Positions 19,267-28,694 of a stretch of 64,000 nucleotides of DNA are shown piece after piece (the first letter of the stretch is position 1; every line of letters starts with the position of its first letter). This DNA comes from Acidimicrobiia bacterium (lineage in GTDB: Bacteria; Actinomycetota; Acidimicrobiia; IMCC26256; JAGNEX01): positions 67,895-131,894 of the forward strand of contig JAGNEX010000002.1 in NCBI GenBank assembly GCA_018003035.1, given 5' to 3'. The notes beneath the pieces were generated by a model, which saw nothing but the letters and a program-made list of their open reading frames with translations, was not told the DNA's origin and made no database searches. The translations under genes were made by a program, and so were the position numbers.

Positions 19267-19959
19267 ATGAATTCCCCACATGTCATTCATCGCCGCCTCT
19301 CCTTGCTGCTCACGTGTTTGATAGCAACGGGTTTCGTCCAGTTCGTTTCGAAAACGCCGAGTCTGGCGGCGGAAGGCGACGAAGCGACGCCCGTTCTTTT
19401 GGCCCTCGACGGCGTCCGGATCGATGAAGGAAGACGACGGGACAGGGACCACCAAGATCGACGCAGCTCGAGCTGCGGTCCGCGACGTCATCGAGGCCGC
19501 TCCCGCGGGCACGCCCCTCGGTCTACGCGTATTTTGGCAACCGGGTTCCGAGCTCGGATAAGGCAGCTGCTTGCAAAGATACGGAGTTGGTCACGTCCGT
19601 TGGCGTTGATAACCGGGACGATATGGCGTCGTTCGTCGATGGAGTCGAGGCGGTGGGTGAGACTCCGATCGGCTTATCCCTCGAAGAGGCGAGCGACGAT
19701 CTGGGCGAGTCCGGTGGCTCGGTGGTTCTCGTGAGCGACGGAGCTGAGGAGTGCTACCCCGACCTCGGACCAGCACCCTGCCACGTTGCCCAAGCCATCG
19801 CCGATGACGGCATCGACCTGCAAGTGCACGCCATCGGCTTCCAGACCGATAACGCCGCCAGTGAACAACTCAATCGGGATCATCGGAGTTCTCGGGGTCG
19901 CCGTTGTCTTTCTCCTTGGTTTGCTTTTGGGACGACGGCAATCAGGAACGGACGGGTAG
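19267..19959 (+). pseudogene. VWA (von Willebrand factor A) domain membrane-anchored protein, disrupted by three +1 frameshifts
   Basis: Frame 1, 19267-19413: signal peptide MNSPHVIHRRLSLLLTCLIATGF, ending ...PVLLALDG. Frame 2, 19415-19534: SGSMKEDDGTGTTKIDAARAAVRDVIEAAPAGTPLGLRVF; together with frame 1 this restores the MIDAS motif D-G-S-G-S. Frame 3, 19536-19871: GNRVPSSDKAAACKDTELV...GETPIGLSLEEA...VVLVSDGAEEC...LQVHAIGFQTD. Frame 1, 19873-19959: TM anchor IGIIGVLGVAVVFLLGLLLGRRQSGTDG then stop. Each junction needs one base removed: an extra G at 19414, an extra T in TTTT 19532-19535, and an extra base near 19872. Confidence 0.8.
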
Positions 19960-20216
19960 CAGCGGGCAAAGGGGCGGTGACCTCGTGACGCTGTTCGGCG
20001 GAACGCGTGCCTTACCAACCGCTGGCTAAGCGCGCGTGCGCGCCGACGCTATGGGGAAGCGGCTCCGACCTCGCCGGGTAGATGCTGCAGAGCCGCCGTC
20101 GCCGAGCGCATCCGTATCGCAGTAGCCGCGGCGCGCATTCGTCCGGCCCGTAATCCTGGCTTCGGCGCGCCACGCCACCCCGCTCGCTATCGTGGCGACC
20201 GACGGGAGGTCTGAGG

Positions 20217-20849
20217 TTGCAGGGTCAGTTGGGTGCATCGGTCGCGGTTCTGGAAGCGACGTTGAGGTGTTTCGCCGTCTCGGGCATCACCAAGACGACG
20301 ATCGACGACGTCGTCGCCGCCTCTGGGGTCTCGCGGCCAACGATTTATCGCATGTTTCCCGGTGGGCGCGACACCCTGGTGCGGAGTGCCATCACTCTAG
20401 AAATCCAACGATTTTTCCTGCGCCTGACAGGGGCAATCGACGACGCAATCGACTTTGCCTCTCGCCTGGAACTCGCGCTGCACTTCGCTCACGAGAACAT
20501 CGGCAACCATCGGCTGTACCAGACGATGCTCGCTGAAGAGCCCGAAGTGTTGTTGCCTCTGCTCACGACGCAATCCGAACAGGTCCGCGACATGGTGGCC
20601 GGGTACCTAGCTCCCTATCTCGTGCTGGAACAGCGGGCGGGGAGGACGCTCACAGGTGTCGACCCCGCCGCTGCCAGCGCCTACGTCGCTCGATTGACCT
20701 TGTCCTACATCGTCAATCCGGGGAGAGATGACCTCTCTAACTGGGCGGTTGTCCGCAGGGTGGTCAGACGTGAACTGTTGGGTGGTGTCCTGACATCGGA
20801 GGCGCTCGCCCAGCCCGGCCAGCCCGCCATTCCTCCTGAATCGTCATAA
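20217..20849 (+). CDS. TetR family transcriptional regulator (paralog 1)
   Basis: HTH region LEATLRCFAVSGITKTTIDDVVAASGVSRPTIYRMFPGGRDTL. TTG start with GGGAGG 7 nt upstream. Confidence 0.88.
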   Translation: MQGQLGASVAVLEATLRCFAVSGITKTTIDDVVAASGVSRPTIYRMFPGGRDTLVRSAITLEIQRFFLRLTGAIDDAIDFASRLELALHFAHENIGNHRLYQTMLAEEPEVLLPLLTTQSEQVRDMVAGYLAPYLVLEQRAGRTLTGVDPAAASAYVARLTLSYIVNPGRDDLSNWAVVRRVVRRELLGGVLTSEALAQPGQPAIPPESS

Positions 20850-20886
20850 GGGACGTCGCCCTCGGAACAATTTTCCAAAGTTTCCT

Positions 20887-20925
20887 TGATGGTGAGACAA
20901 AGAATGCCTTAGTGTCTCATCATGT
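20887..20925. promoter_or_regulatory. Imperfect inverted repeat in an AT-richer gap; candidate TetR operator
   Basis: TGATGGTGAGACA (20887-20899), 13 nt, then TGTCTCATCATGT (20913-20925). The 7-bp core TGAGACA/TGTCTCA is perfect and the flanks partly match. Confidence 0.4.
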
Positions 20926-21039
20926 CTTCGCCGGGCGCATCGCCTGATCTTGCTCGCTCTGGGCCAGGCGCATCATGACGTCATCGGTGCCCTGCGCCTT
21001 CCGGCCACCAGCCCCACCGGCTCCACGCGGTTCGGTTCG

Positions 21040-21678
21040 ATGACCGTGGTCATCGACGACCTCGACTCCATCGCGGCGCAGCGCAGCGCTCAGGAGATCG
21101 CCGTCGTCGACGCCACGCTGAGCTGCCTTGCCCGATATGGATTAGCCAAGACCACGTTGGCCGACGTCGCAAGTGAGGCGAAGGTCTCGAGAGCCACGAT
21201 CTACCGGTGGTTCCCAAGCCGGGAAAGCCTGTTTAATGCGGTCCTTGCCGTTGAGTACCGGCGGTTCACCGACCACGTTGAACAAGCGATCAACCGGTCA
21301 ACCGATCTCGCCGAGCTCATAGCGAGAAGTCTCCACGCTGGCGTGGGATACGTGGCGTCTCACCAAGCCCTCGGGCACGTGCTGGCGCACGAACCGGACC
21401 GGGTGCTTCCGCTCTTGGCTCTCGACCAAGGCGACTTTGTCTTAGAAGCTGGCGCGCGCGTGCTCCGCGGACCACTTCAGGTCTATCTGGCAGCCGACGA
21501 CGCTGATTGGGTAGCCCTCTGGATCGCCCGGCTCGGTCTGACCTACCTGCTCGGAACCGACGACTCACAAGACCTGGCCACAGTGGCCAAATGCCGGAGG
21601 CTCGTCATCGCCTTCGTCCTCCCTGGAATCTCAGATCTTCAGCTTGATCGCGAAGGCGATCGATCAAATCTCCTCTGA
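21040..21678 (+). CDS. TetR family transcriptional regulator (paralog 2)
   Basis: HTH VDATLSCLARYGLAKTTLADVASEAKVSRATIYRWFPSRESLF. Full-length similarity to paralog 1 (EPEVLLPLLT vs EPDRVLPLLA; ARLTLSYIVNPG vs ARLGLTYLLGTD). Start uncertain: ATG 21040 or TTG 20950. Confidence 0.85.
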   Translation: MTVVIDDLDSIAAQRSAQEIAVVDATLSCLARYGLAKTTLADVASEAKVSRATIYRWFPSRESLFNAVLAVEYRRFTDHVEQAINRSTDLAELIARSLHAGVGYVASHQALGHVLAHEPDRVLPLLALDQGDFVLEAGARVLRGPLQVYLAADDADWVALWIARLGLTYLLGTDDSQDLATVAKCRRLVIAFVLPGISDLQLDREGDRSNLL

Positions 21679-21692
21679 AAGGAAGATGCACC

Positions 21693-22853
21693 ATGACTGT
21701 TGTAGACACCTCCGAGAGCGCGGGATCAGGCCTCAAACTGTCTGTGTCACCCGAAGAGCTCGACGTGATTTTGTCGATGAAGTCAGGCGACCCTGCTGTC
21801 AAAGAACACCTGGTCGACGCTCACATCGTCGACTACTTCAGCTGGGAGTACCAGGCCAGCCGTGAACCCCTCCACCGTCTCTATGAGAAGGCGAAGCGCT
21901 CGCAGTGGAACGCGACCACTGACATCGACTGGTCGATCGAGGTCGATCAAGAAAAGGTAGCCGCCGACAACGGAGCGGCGGCTGGTGCCGGCATCGTCGA
22001 GGCGTTCGCTCGCATCGCTGAGGACCCACACTCGCCGATCGGCAACTGGGGTCCAGAAGAGCTCATCCAGATGGGCGTTCACATGCAGAACTGGACCCTC
22101 TCAAACTTTCTGCACGGTGAACAGGGTGCGTTGCTCTGCACGGCTCGGATCGTTGAAGTGGTGCCCGACATGGACGCCAAGTACTACGCGTCTACCCAAG
22201 TGATGGACGAAGCCCGCCACGTCGAGGTGTTCTCCCGCTACCTGGACGAGAAACTCGGCGGCAAGTTCCCGATTAACCCACATCTCGAAGCGCTCCTCGA
22301 CGACATCTTGGTGGACTCTCGCTGGGACATGACCTACCTGGGCATGCAGATCATGGTCGAAGGTCTGGCGTTGGCGGCGTTCGGGTTCATTCACGCAATG
22401 ACCACCGAACCGCTGCTCAAGCAGATCCTCCGGTACGTCATGAGCGACGAAGCCCGCCACGTCGCTTTCGGCGTCATGGCGCTTAAGGACGTGTACGCCG
22501 ATCTCACTCAGGCCGAAATCCGCGAGCGTCAAGAGTTTGCCTACGAGGCGGCCCTTCGGATGCGCAACCGCTTCTTGCAGCAAGAAGTGTGGGAAGCAAT
22601 GGGTGTCGACCCCAAAAAGATGGTGCCGTTGACCATCGACCTTCCCGAGCGCCGTATGTTCCAATCGGTGCTGTTCTCAAAGATCGTGCCCAACACAAAG
22701 AAGCTTGGCCTGCTCGATGCTGGGGATGGATGGCTGCGTGAAAAGTTCACCGACCTGGGTGTGATCCAGTTCGAAGACTGGGTTGACACTTCGGTCGAGT
22801 ACGAGACCTTGGACGCACTCGACGGCGGTAACCGTTCAGAGCAACCGAGCTAA
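21693..22853 (+). CDS. Ferritin-fold di-iron carboxylate protein (AurF/CmlI-like oxygenase superfamily)
   Basis: Four-helix di-iron ligand pattern E...ExxH...E...ExxH: HGEQGAL, MDEARHVEVF, VEGLALA, SDEARHVAFG. N-terminal WNATTDIDW motif. Starts 14 nt after TetR paralog 2, with an AAGGAAG SD. Confidence 0.65.
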   Translation: MTVVDTSESAGSGLKLSVSPEELDVILSMKSGDPAVKEHLVDAHIVDYFSWEYQASREPLHRLYEKAKRSQWNATTDIDWSIEVDQEKVAADNGAAAGAGIVEAFARIAEDPHSPIGNWGPEELIQMGVHMQNWTLSNFLHGEQGALLCTARIVEVVPDMDAKYYASTQVMDEARHVEVFSRYLDEKLGGKFPINPHLEALLDDILVDSRWDMTYLGMQIMVEGLALAAFGFIHAMTTEPLLKQILRYVMSDEARHVAFGVMALKDVYADLTQAEIRERQEFAYEAALRMRNRFLQQEVWEAMGVDPKKMVPLTIDLPERRMFQSVLFSKIVPNTKKLGLLDAGDGWLREKFTDLGVIQFEDWVDTSVEYETLDALDGGNRSEQPS

Positions 22854-22864
22854 CCGTTCTTTCT

Positions 22865-22912
22865 GGCGTTGGGTTCCCGCTAACCTGCGTACATACGCGG
22901 GAGCCCAACGCC
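22865..22912 (+). terminator. 16-bp GC hairpin after the di-iron gene
   Basis: GGCGTTGGGTTCCCGC (22865-22880), 16-nt loop, GCGGGAGCCCAACGCC (22897-22912). One G-U pair. No U-tract. Confidence 0.5.
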
Positions 22913-23001
22913 CACCGGCGGCAATGCTCGGGTTGGCAGCCCCTTGAACGAAGCATCGATTCGGCTCTCATGACGAACTCCACCGACTTTGAGGAGCCCG
23001 A

Positions 23002-24729
23002 GTGAGTGGCGATTTCGAGCCAAGTGTGCCCGAACAGAACCGGAGGTCGAGACGGCGCCGCGGAGCCCCGAGGGACGACGTTCGTATCGTGTTCTTGGGT
23101 GGGCTCGGCGAAATCGGGCGCAACTGTGCGGTCGTTGAATCCGAAGGCCGTCTTCTGGTCATCGACTGCGGACTCATGTTCCCCGATAACGAGATGCCCG
23201 GTGTCGACCTGGTCCTGCCCGATCTGAGCTATTTGGTCGATCGGGCCCACAAGATCGACGGCATCGTCCTAACCCACGGGCACGAAGACCACGTCGGTGC
23301 TCTGAGTTACTTGCTGCGCGACGTGGATCGGCCGATTCACATTTATGGCTCCCGTCTGTGCCTCAGTCTCTGTTCTGGCCGTCTCGAAGAGTCAGGCGTC
23401 GCTGACCGGGCGGTCCTTCATGAGATGGGTGACGGTGAGGTCGCGCAGGTCGGTGGCTACACGGTGGAGTTCATCGCTGTGACCCACTCCGTGCCGTTCG
23501 GCCACGCGCTGGCCATCGCTACGCCGCAGGGGACCATCATCCACACCGGTGACTACAAGCTCGATCCTGCCCCCGTCGACGACCGTCGGACCGACCTCGG
23601 ACGGTTCGGCGAACTGGGTCGACAAGGCGTGCGGCTGATGCTCGGTGACTCCACCAACGCTGAGGTGCCGGGATACACCGGTTCCGAATCCAGCGTCGGT
23701 GTCGCGCTGGTCGAAGTCTTCGACGAGTTCGCCGACTTTCGCATCGTTGCTGCGTCGTTCGCCTCGCACCTGCACCGCGTGAAACAGGTCGTCGATGTGG
23801 CGGTCGCGCAGGGACGCAAGATCGCGTTCCTTGGGCGGTCCATGATCCGCAACGTCGGCCTCGCCCGCGAGCAAGGCATCCTGCCGCTGTCCGACGCAGA
23901 CATCATCACGATCGAAGAGGTGTACAACTACCCGCCGAACGAAGTGGTCGTCATCTGCACGGGCTCCCAAGGGGAAGCCTTCGCCGCCCTGTCGTTGCTC
24001 TCGTCGGCCGACCATCGAGCCCTCAAACTCGGCGATGACGACGCGGTGATCATCTCGGCGACGCCGATCCCCGGAAATGAGTCAAACGTCAACCGGGTCA
24101 TCAACAACCTGAACCGGCTCGGGGTCCGAGTGATCCACTCTGGCGGGGCCCCCGTTCACGTATCGGGCCATGCCGCCGCGGCAGAGATCAAGGCGTTGCT
24201 CGAAATCGTCAAACCTGAGGCGTACGTTCCCGTCCACGGTGAGTACCGGCACATGGTCGCGAACGAAGCAATCGCGGCGGACGCAGGGGTGCCGACCCGC
24301 TTTCTGTGTCTCGACGGCGACGCTGTCGTTCTCGCCGATGAAGGGATCTCGGTACAGCGTCGAGTGGCTCCACACGGTTACGTGTATGTCGATGGCATCA
24401 TCGATGACGTGGGGCCGGGGCTCCTGCACGATCGTCGTCACCTCTCCGAAGAAGGCTTAGTTGTCGCGATCGTCATGGTTGACGGATCTTCGGGCGAGAT
24501 CCTCGGTCGCCCGCAAGTGGTCACGCGGGGCTGGGTGCACGCCGATGAATCGGGATGGATTATCGAGGAGGCCACCGATGTCGTGGCGGCGGCCGTCGAA
24601 GCGCTCAGTCCGCAGCAACGTCGGGACGTCGAACTGGTGAGGCGTCGCGTGCGTCGCGCCATCGGGGGCTACGTCGACGAGCGCACTCGCCGACGTCCTC
24701 CCATCGTTCCAGTGGTGATGGAAGTCTGA
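23002..24729 (+). CDS. rnj: Ribonuclease J
   Basis: Metallo-beta-lactamase motif LTHGHEDHVGAL, a beta-CASP region, and 575 aa. GTG start with GAGGAG 5 nt upstream. Confidence 0.9.
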   Translation: MSGDFEPSVPEQNRRSRRRRGAPRDDVRIVFLGGLGEIGRNCAVVESEGRLLVIDCGLMFPDNEMPGVDLVLPDLSYLVDRAHKIDGIVLTHGHEDHVGALSYLLRDVDRPIHIYGSRLCLSLCSGRLEESGVADRAVLHEMGDGEVAQVGGYTVEFIAVTHSVPFGHALAIATPQGTIIHTGDYKLDPAPVDDRRTDLGRFGELGRQGVRLMLGDSTNAEVPGYTGSESSVGVALVEVFDEFADFRIVAASFASHLHRVKQVVDVAVAQGRKIAFLGRSMIRNVGLAREQGILPLSDADIITIEEVYNYPPNEVVVICTGSQGEAFAALSLLSSADHRALKLGDDDAVIISATPIPGNESNVNRVINNLNRLGVRVIHSGGAPVHVSGHAAAAEIKALLEIVKPEAYVPVHGEYRHMVANEAIAADAGVPTRFLCLDGDAVVLADEGISVQRRVAPHGYVYVDGIIDDVGPGLLHDRRHLSEEGLVVAIVMVDGSSGEILGRPQVVTRGWVHADESGWIIEEATDVVAAAVEALSPQQRRDVELVRRRVRRAIGGYVDERTRRRPPIVPVVMEV

Positions 24730-24782
24730 AAGTTCGCAACCCTTCCAACGATGCGGTTGTGAATGGTGTTACTGTTGTTGTG

Positions 24783-27107
24783 ATGTCTCGGACAAAAACT
24801 CGCGCTCAGAGTGGTCAAAGCAGGCCAAAGGCACCGCAGCGAGCGGCGCGCGCATCTGCGCAGAAAGCTCCTTCGGGCGGCCCGTCGTTCATTACCGAAT
24901 TGGCGTCCGCGGTTCGGCAACGTCTTAGAGCGTCGCGCGGCCTCGGGTCGGTCATCTGCGGGGTTGTCCTCGCGCTCTTGATCTACATTCCCGCGCTGGG
25001 CTTTCTGAGGAGCGCCACCCTTTGGTCTGTCCGGGTGTTCATCGGCCAAGCGGCCCTGATCTTGCCGTTGGCCTTGATTCTGTTGGGGGCGCAACGCCTG
25101 TTGACGCCTGACGAAGAAGTGATGCGTCTCCGGCGTGGAGTGATCATTTCGACCCTGTCGTTGCTCGCTCTCACCGACGTTGCGTTCCGGGTTGTCGACG
25201 AGGGTTCGTCGAGCGGCCTGTTCGACGGTGGTGGTGCAATTGGTCTTCTGCTGAGTTTTCCGCTCCGAGCGTTCCTCCCCGAAGTCGTCGCCTTTCTGCT
25301 ACTCACCATCGCAGCGATGGTTGGCATGTGGTTCATTGCCGGCGACAATTTGGCCGGGCTCTCCGCTCGGGTGGGTCGTGCCCTTGAGTGGGTAAAGGAC
25401 TACCTTCTCGACGCTTTCCGGCCTGGCTACGAGCGAGACAATGAAGCCGAGGCCGCGGAGCGCTACGAACCGACTCCAGTGGAACCGTCCGCTCCCGAGC
25501 CAGTACGGGCCCCTCGTCAACCGGCACCGGACCGGCCGCCGCTGCCCTCATTGCAAGAGCGCCTGGCGGGCAACGAGATCGACGTCACATTGCCCGAGAC
25601 GAGTTCCCTCGACGACGTGGCATTTTCTGAGCCTCGTCAACAAGGGGAATGGATTCTGCCGTCCTTGGGTGTGCTTCGGACCGGCAAGTCCAAGCCGATC
25701 GACCGTCGCCTGGTCGAACAAAGCGGCCAGACCCTCGAATCGGCGCTTCACGAACACGGTGTGGATGCCCGCCTGGTCGGTATGACCGTCGGGCCAACGG
25801 TCACACGATACGAATTGGAGTTGGCGCCTGGCGTCAAGGTCAATCGGGTCACGAGTCTGTCCAATGACATTGCCTACGCGATGGCCAGTCCCGACGTCCG
25901 AATCCTTGCCCCCATTCCGGGCCGTAGCGCCATCGGTGTCGAGGTGCCAAACGCTCAGCGTCAGCTGGTCAGCCTGGGCGACATCCTCCGTTCACAAGAA
26001 GCGCAGGATGCCGATCATCCACTCGAAGTCGGGATGGGCCGTGGGATCTCCGGCAAGGCCGTCATGACCAACATCGCGACGATGCCTCACGTTTTGATCG
26101 CAGGTCAGACCGGTGCTGGTAAGTCGTCCTGTATCAACTCGCTGATCACATCGCTGCTGATGCGAACGACTCCCGACGAAGTTCGGCTGATCCTCATCGA
26201 CCCCAAGAGGGTTGAACTCGGCCAGTACAACGGTCTCCCGCATCTGCTGACCCAGGTCGTTACCGACCCGAAGAAGGCGGCGAACGCCCTCGAGTGGGCG
26301 GTCCGAGAGATGGAACGCCGGTACGAAGTGCTCGCATCGGTCGGTCAACGTGACATCACGGGCTACAACGACGCCTTTGACCGCGGCGACTTCGAGGACC
26401 GCATCGAAGGGGAGTATCGCCGCTTCCCCTACATCGTCTTGGTGGTTGACGAGCTCAACGACTTGATGATGGTCGCCGCTCGCGACGTCGAAGCCTCGAT
26501 CTGCCGTATTGCCCAGATGGCCCGTGCGGTTGGAATCCACCTGGTCATTGCGACACAACGCCCATCGGTCAACGTCATCACCGGCGTCATTAAGGCAAAC
26601 GTGCCGAGCCGCATGGCCTTCGCTGTTTCGTCGATCGCTGACTCCCGAGTGATCCTCGACCAGGCGGGAGCCGAAAAGCTGATCGGTCAAGGCGACATGT
26701 TGATGACCACTGCGTCGTCATCCCGTGCGCAGCGAATCCAAGGCGCCTGGATCGACGAAGAAGACATCCGCAAGGTTGTCGAGCACTGGCAAAACCAGAT
26801 GGAAGCCGAGCCCGAATACGTCGAGGCCGTCGTCGAAGGTGGCGCTGCGGCCGCCGACACCTCGGGTTTCGGCGATGGGCTCGACGAGGAAGACGATCTT
26901 CTTTCGCAGGCGATGGAACTGGTTGTGAGGTCACAGCTGGGGTCGACGTCGATGCTGCAGCGCAAGCTACGCGTGGGGTTTGCTCGTGCCGGCCGGCTCA
27001 TGGACTTACTCGAGCAGCGCGGCGTCGTGGGCCCATCGGAAGGATCAAAGGCTCGTAACGTGCTGATGACCGTCGACGAGCTCGAAGGTCGAATGACCAC
27101 CGTCTGA
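24783..27107 (+). CDS. ftsK: DNA translocase FtsK/SpoIIIE
   Basis: N-terminal TM segments, a Pro-rich linker, motor domain Walker A GQTGAGKSS, Walker B VLVVDELNDLMM, and a C-terminal gamma (winged-helix) domain SMLQRKLRVGFARAGRLMDLLE. Start chosen at ATG 24783; the ORF-track start overlaps rnj. Confidence 0.93.
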   Translation: MSRTKTRAQSGQSRPKAPQRAARASAQKAPSGGPSFITELASAVRQRLRASRGLGSVICGVVLALLIYIPALGFLRSATLWSVRVFIGQAALILPLALILLGAQRLLTPDEEVMRLRRGVIISTLSLLALTDVAFRVVDEGSSSGLFDGGGAIGLLLSFPLRAFLPEVVAFLLLTIAAMVGMWFIAGDNLAGLSARVGRALEWVKDYLLDAFRPGYERDNEAEAAERYEPTPVEPSAPEPVRAPRQPAPDRPPLPSLQERLAGNEIDVTLPETSSLDDVAFSEPRQQGEWILPSLGVLRTGKSKPIDRRLVEQSGQTLESALHEHGVDARLVGMTVGPTVTRYELELAPGVKVNRVTSLSNDIAYAMASPDVRILAPIPGRSAIGVEVPNAQRQLVSLGDILRSQEAQDADHPLEVGMGRGISGKAVMTNIATMPHVLIAGQTGAGKSSCINSLITSLLMRTTPDEVRLILIDPKRVELGQYNGLPHLLTQVVTDPKKAANALEWAVREMERRYEVLASVGQRDITGYNDAFDRGDFEDRIEGEYRRFPYIVLVVDELNDLMMVAARDVEASICRIAQMARAVGIHLVIATQRPSVNVITGVIKANVPSRMAFAVSSIADSRVILDQAGAEKLIGQGDMLMTTASSSRAQRIQGAWIDEEDIRKVVEHWQNQMEAEPEYVEAVVEGGAAAADTSGFGDGLDEEDDLLSQAMELVVRSQLGSTSMLQRKLRVGFARAGRLMDLLEQRGVVGPSEGSKARNVLMTVDELEGRMTTV

Positions 27108-27254
27108 GACAAGCCCGAGAAATCCGGCCGTCCTCGGCCCGGTTCTGGCCCGAACGACAACGTGGTTGGGGCTATGTTGACCGTTGAACCCGGGCGCCTT
27201 CGGTCGAAGGCCGCCTACATGATCTGAGCGTTCACCTCATTAGGATCGAGCTCC

Positions 27255-28694
27255 ATGGCGGCATCTTCGCAAGCACCCCGCGTGTACATCGCTACCCTTG
27301 GCTGCCCGAAGAACGCTGTCGATTCCAGCAAAGTCGCCGGTTCTCTGAGCGACGATGGCTATGTGGCGACCGACGATCCCGAAACTGCGGATCTTGTCGT
27401 GGTCAACACCTGCGCCTTCATTGACGCTGCTCGCCAAGAGTCGATTGACACCGTGCTCGACCTGGCCGATCGACGTCAGGCCGGAGCGAAGATCGTCGTG
27501 ACGGGCTGTATGGCCGAGCGATACGGCGACGAGATCCGGGACGCAATGCCCGAAGTCGACGCGGTGATCGGTTTCGCGGACGAAGGTGCCATCGCTGCGG
27601 CCATACACCCGGACACTGGGCTCGTCGGCCAGCCGGTTTCGAGTGTGGGCGTCCTGCTCAAATCCAAACCGGTCGGAGTGCGGGACCTCCTCGAGCTCCG
27701 ACGCCCCGCCGACGGCTCGCCGTGGGCGTATGTCAAGGTCGCCGAAGGTTGCGACCGTGCCTGCGCGTTTTGCGCCATCCCGTCGTTCCGAGGCAAACAA
27801 CGATCTAGGACGATCGACAGCATCTTTGCTGAGGTTTCTGAGTTGGTATCGGCAGGGACCCGCGAAATCGTTCTGGTCGCCCAGGACCTCGCTTGGTTCG
27901 GGCGCGACCGTTCAGAGGGGCAGACGCTTGCCGAGCTCATCGGCCGCCTTGAAGCCCTAAGCCCGCACGGCTTGGCGCGGGTCCGTTTGCTGTATCTCTA
28001 CCCGTCGGAAGTTCGAGGCGAGCTCCTCGAGGTGATGACTACATCGCCCCTGGTCGTGCCCTATTTCGATCTTTCGCTGCAGCACGTGTCGCCGCCGCTG
28101 CTGCGCCGCATGAAGCGATGGGGCGACGGCGATCGTTTTTCCGACCTCATCGCCGACCTCCGGGCGCGTACCGACGGGCGGGCGGTCATCCGCTCATCAT
28201 TTATCGTCGGCTTCCCCGGCGAAACCGAGGCCGATCACGATCAGCTGCTCGACTTCTTGGATGCTCAGCGGATCGAGTGGGCCGGTCTTTTCGCCTATTC
28301 GCGTGAAGACGGCACCGCGGCAGCCGTCCTCGATGGCGCCGTCCCGGACGGGCTGGTTGCCGAACGGCTGAGAGAGTTGAGTGAACTTCAAGACGCCATC
28401 ACGGCTGACGCCCGCCACGCTCTGGTCGGCGCCCGGGTGGACGTTCTGATCGACGAAGTTGACGCTGAAACCGCGGTTGGGCGCACCTTCCGTGAGGCTC
28501 CCGAGATCGATGGCATCGTGACGATCACCAGCGGCGAAGTCGACGCGATGGTCCCGGGCACTTTCGTCGAGGCGATTGTTGACGGTGTTGAAGGACCAGA
28601 CCTAACCGCGACGTTGTTGCTCGACCGGGCCGACGCTGCCGGGGCGGGGGCTAGCCAGGCGCACTCCGGTGCCATTCCCACGGCCGGAGGGTGA
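27255..28694 (+). CDS. rimO: Ribosomal protein S12 methylthiotransferase
   Basis: N-terminal MTTase domain LGCPKNAVDS, radical-SAM cluster motif CDRACAFCAIP, and a C-terminal TRAM domain. Confidence 0.88.
   Translation: MAASSQAPRVYIATLGCPKNAVDSSKVAGSLSDDGYVATDDPETADLVVVNTCAFIDAARQESIDTVLDLADRRQAGAKIVVTGCMAERYGDEIRDAMPEVDAVIGFADEGAIAAAIHPDTGLVGQPVSSVGVLLKSKPVGVRDLLELRRPADGSPWAYVKVAEGCDRACAFCAIPSFRGKQRSRTIDSIFAEVSELVSAGTREIVLVAQDLAWFGRDRSEGQTLAELIGRLEALSPHGLARVRLLYLYPSEVRGELLEVMTTSPLVVPYFDLSLQHVSPPLLRRMKRWGDGDRFSDLIADLRARTDGRAVIRSSFIVGFPGETEADHDQLLDFLDAQRIEWAGLFAYSREDGTAAAVLDGAVPDGLVAERLRELSELQDAITADARHALVGARVDVLIDEVDAETAVGRTFREAPEIDGIVTITSGEVDAMVPGTFVEAIVDGVEGPDLTATLLLDRADAAGAGASQAHSGAIPTAGG

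Noticed and set aside
19267-19959. Programmed ribosomal frameshifting in the VWA gene
   Set aside because: Three separate +1 events would be needed. None has a recognisable slippery heptamer with a downstream structure, and the domain also appears truncated. Decay or sequencing error is far more likely.
20026-20238. 70-aa minus-strand ORF between the VWA pseudogene and TetR-1
   Set aside because: Arg/Ala-rich with no SD and no motif. It overlaps the TetR-1 start region and is probably non-coding.
27108-27254. 17-codon mini-ORF and hairpin between ftsK and rimO
   Set aside because: Too short to support without conservation data. The imperfect hairpin GGCGCCTTCG/CGAAGGCCGCC may simply be the ftsK terminator.
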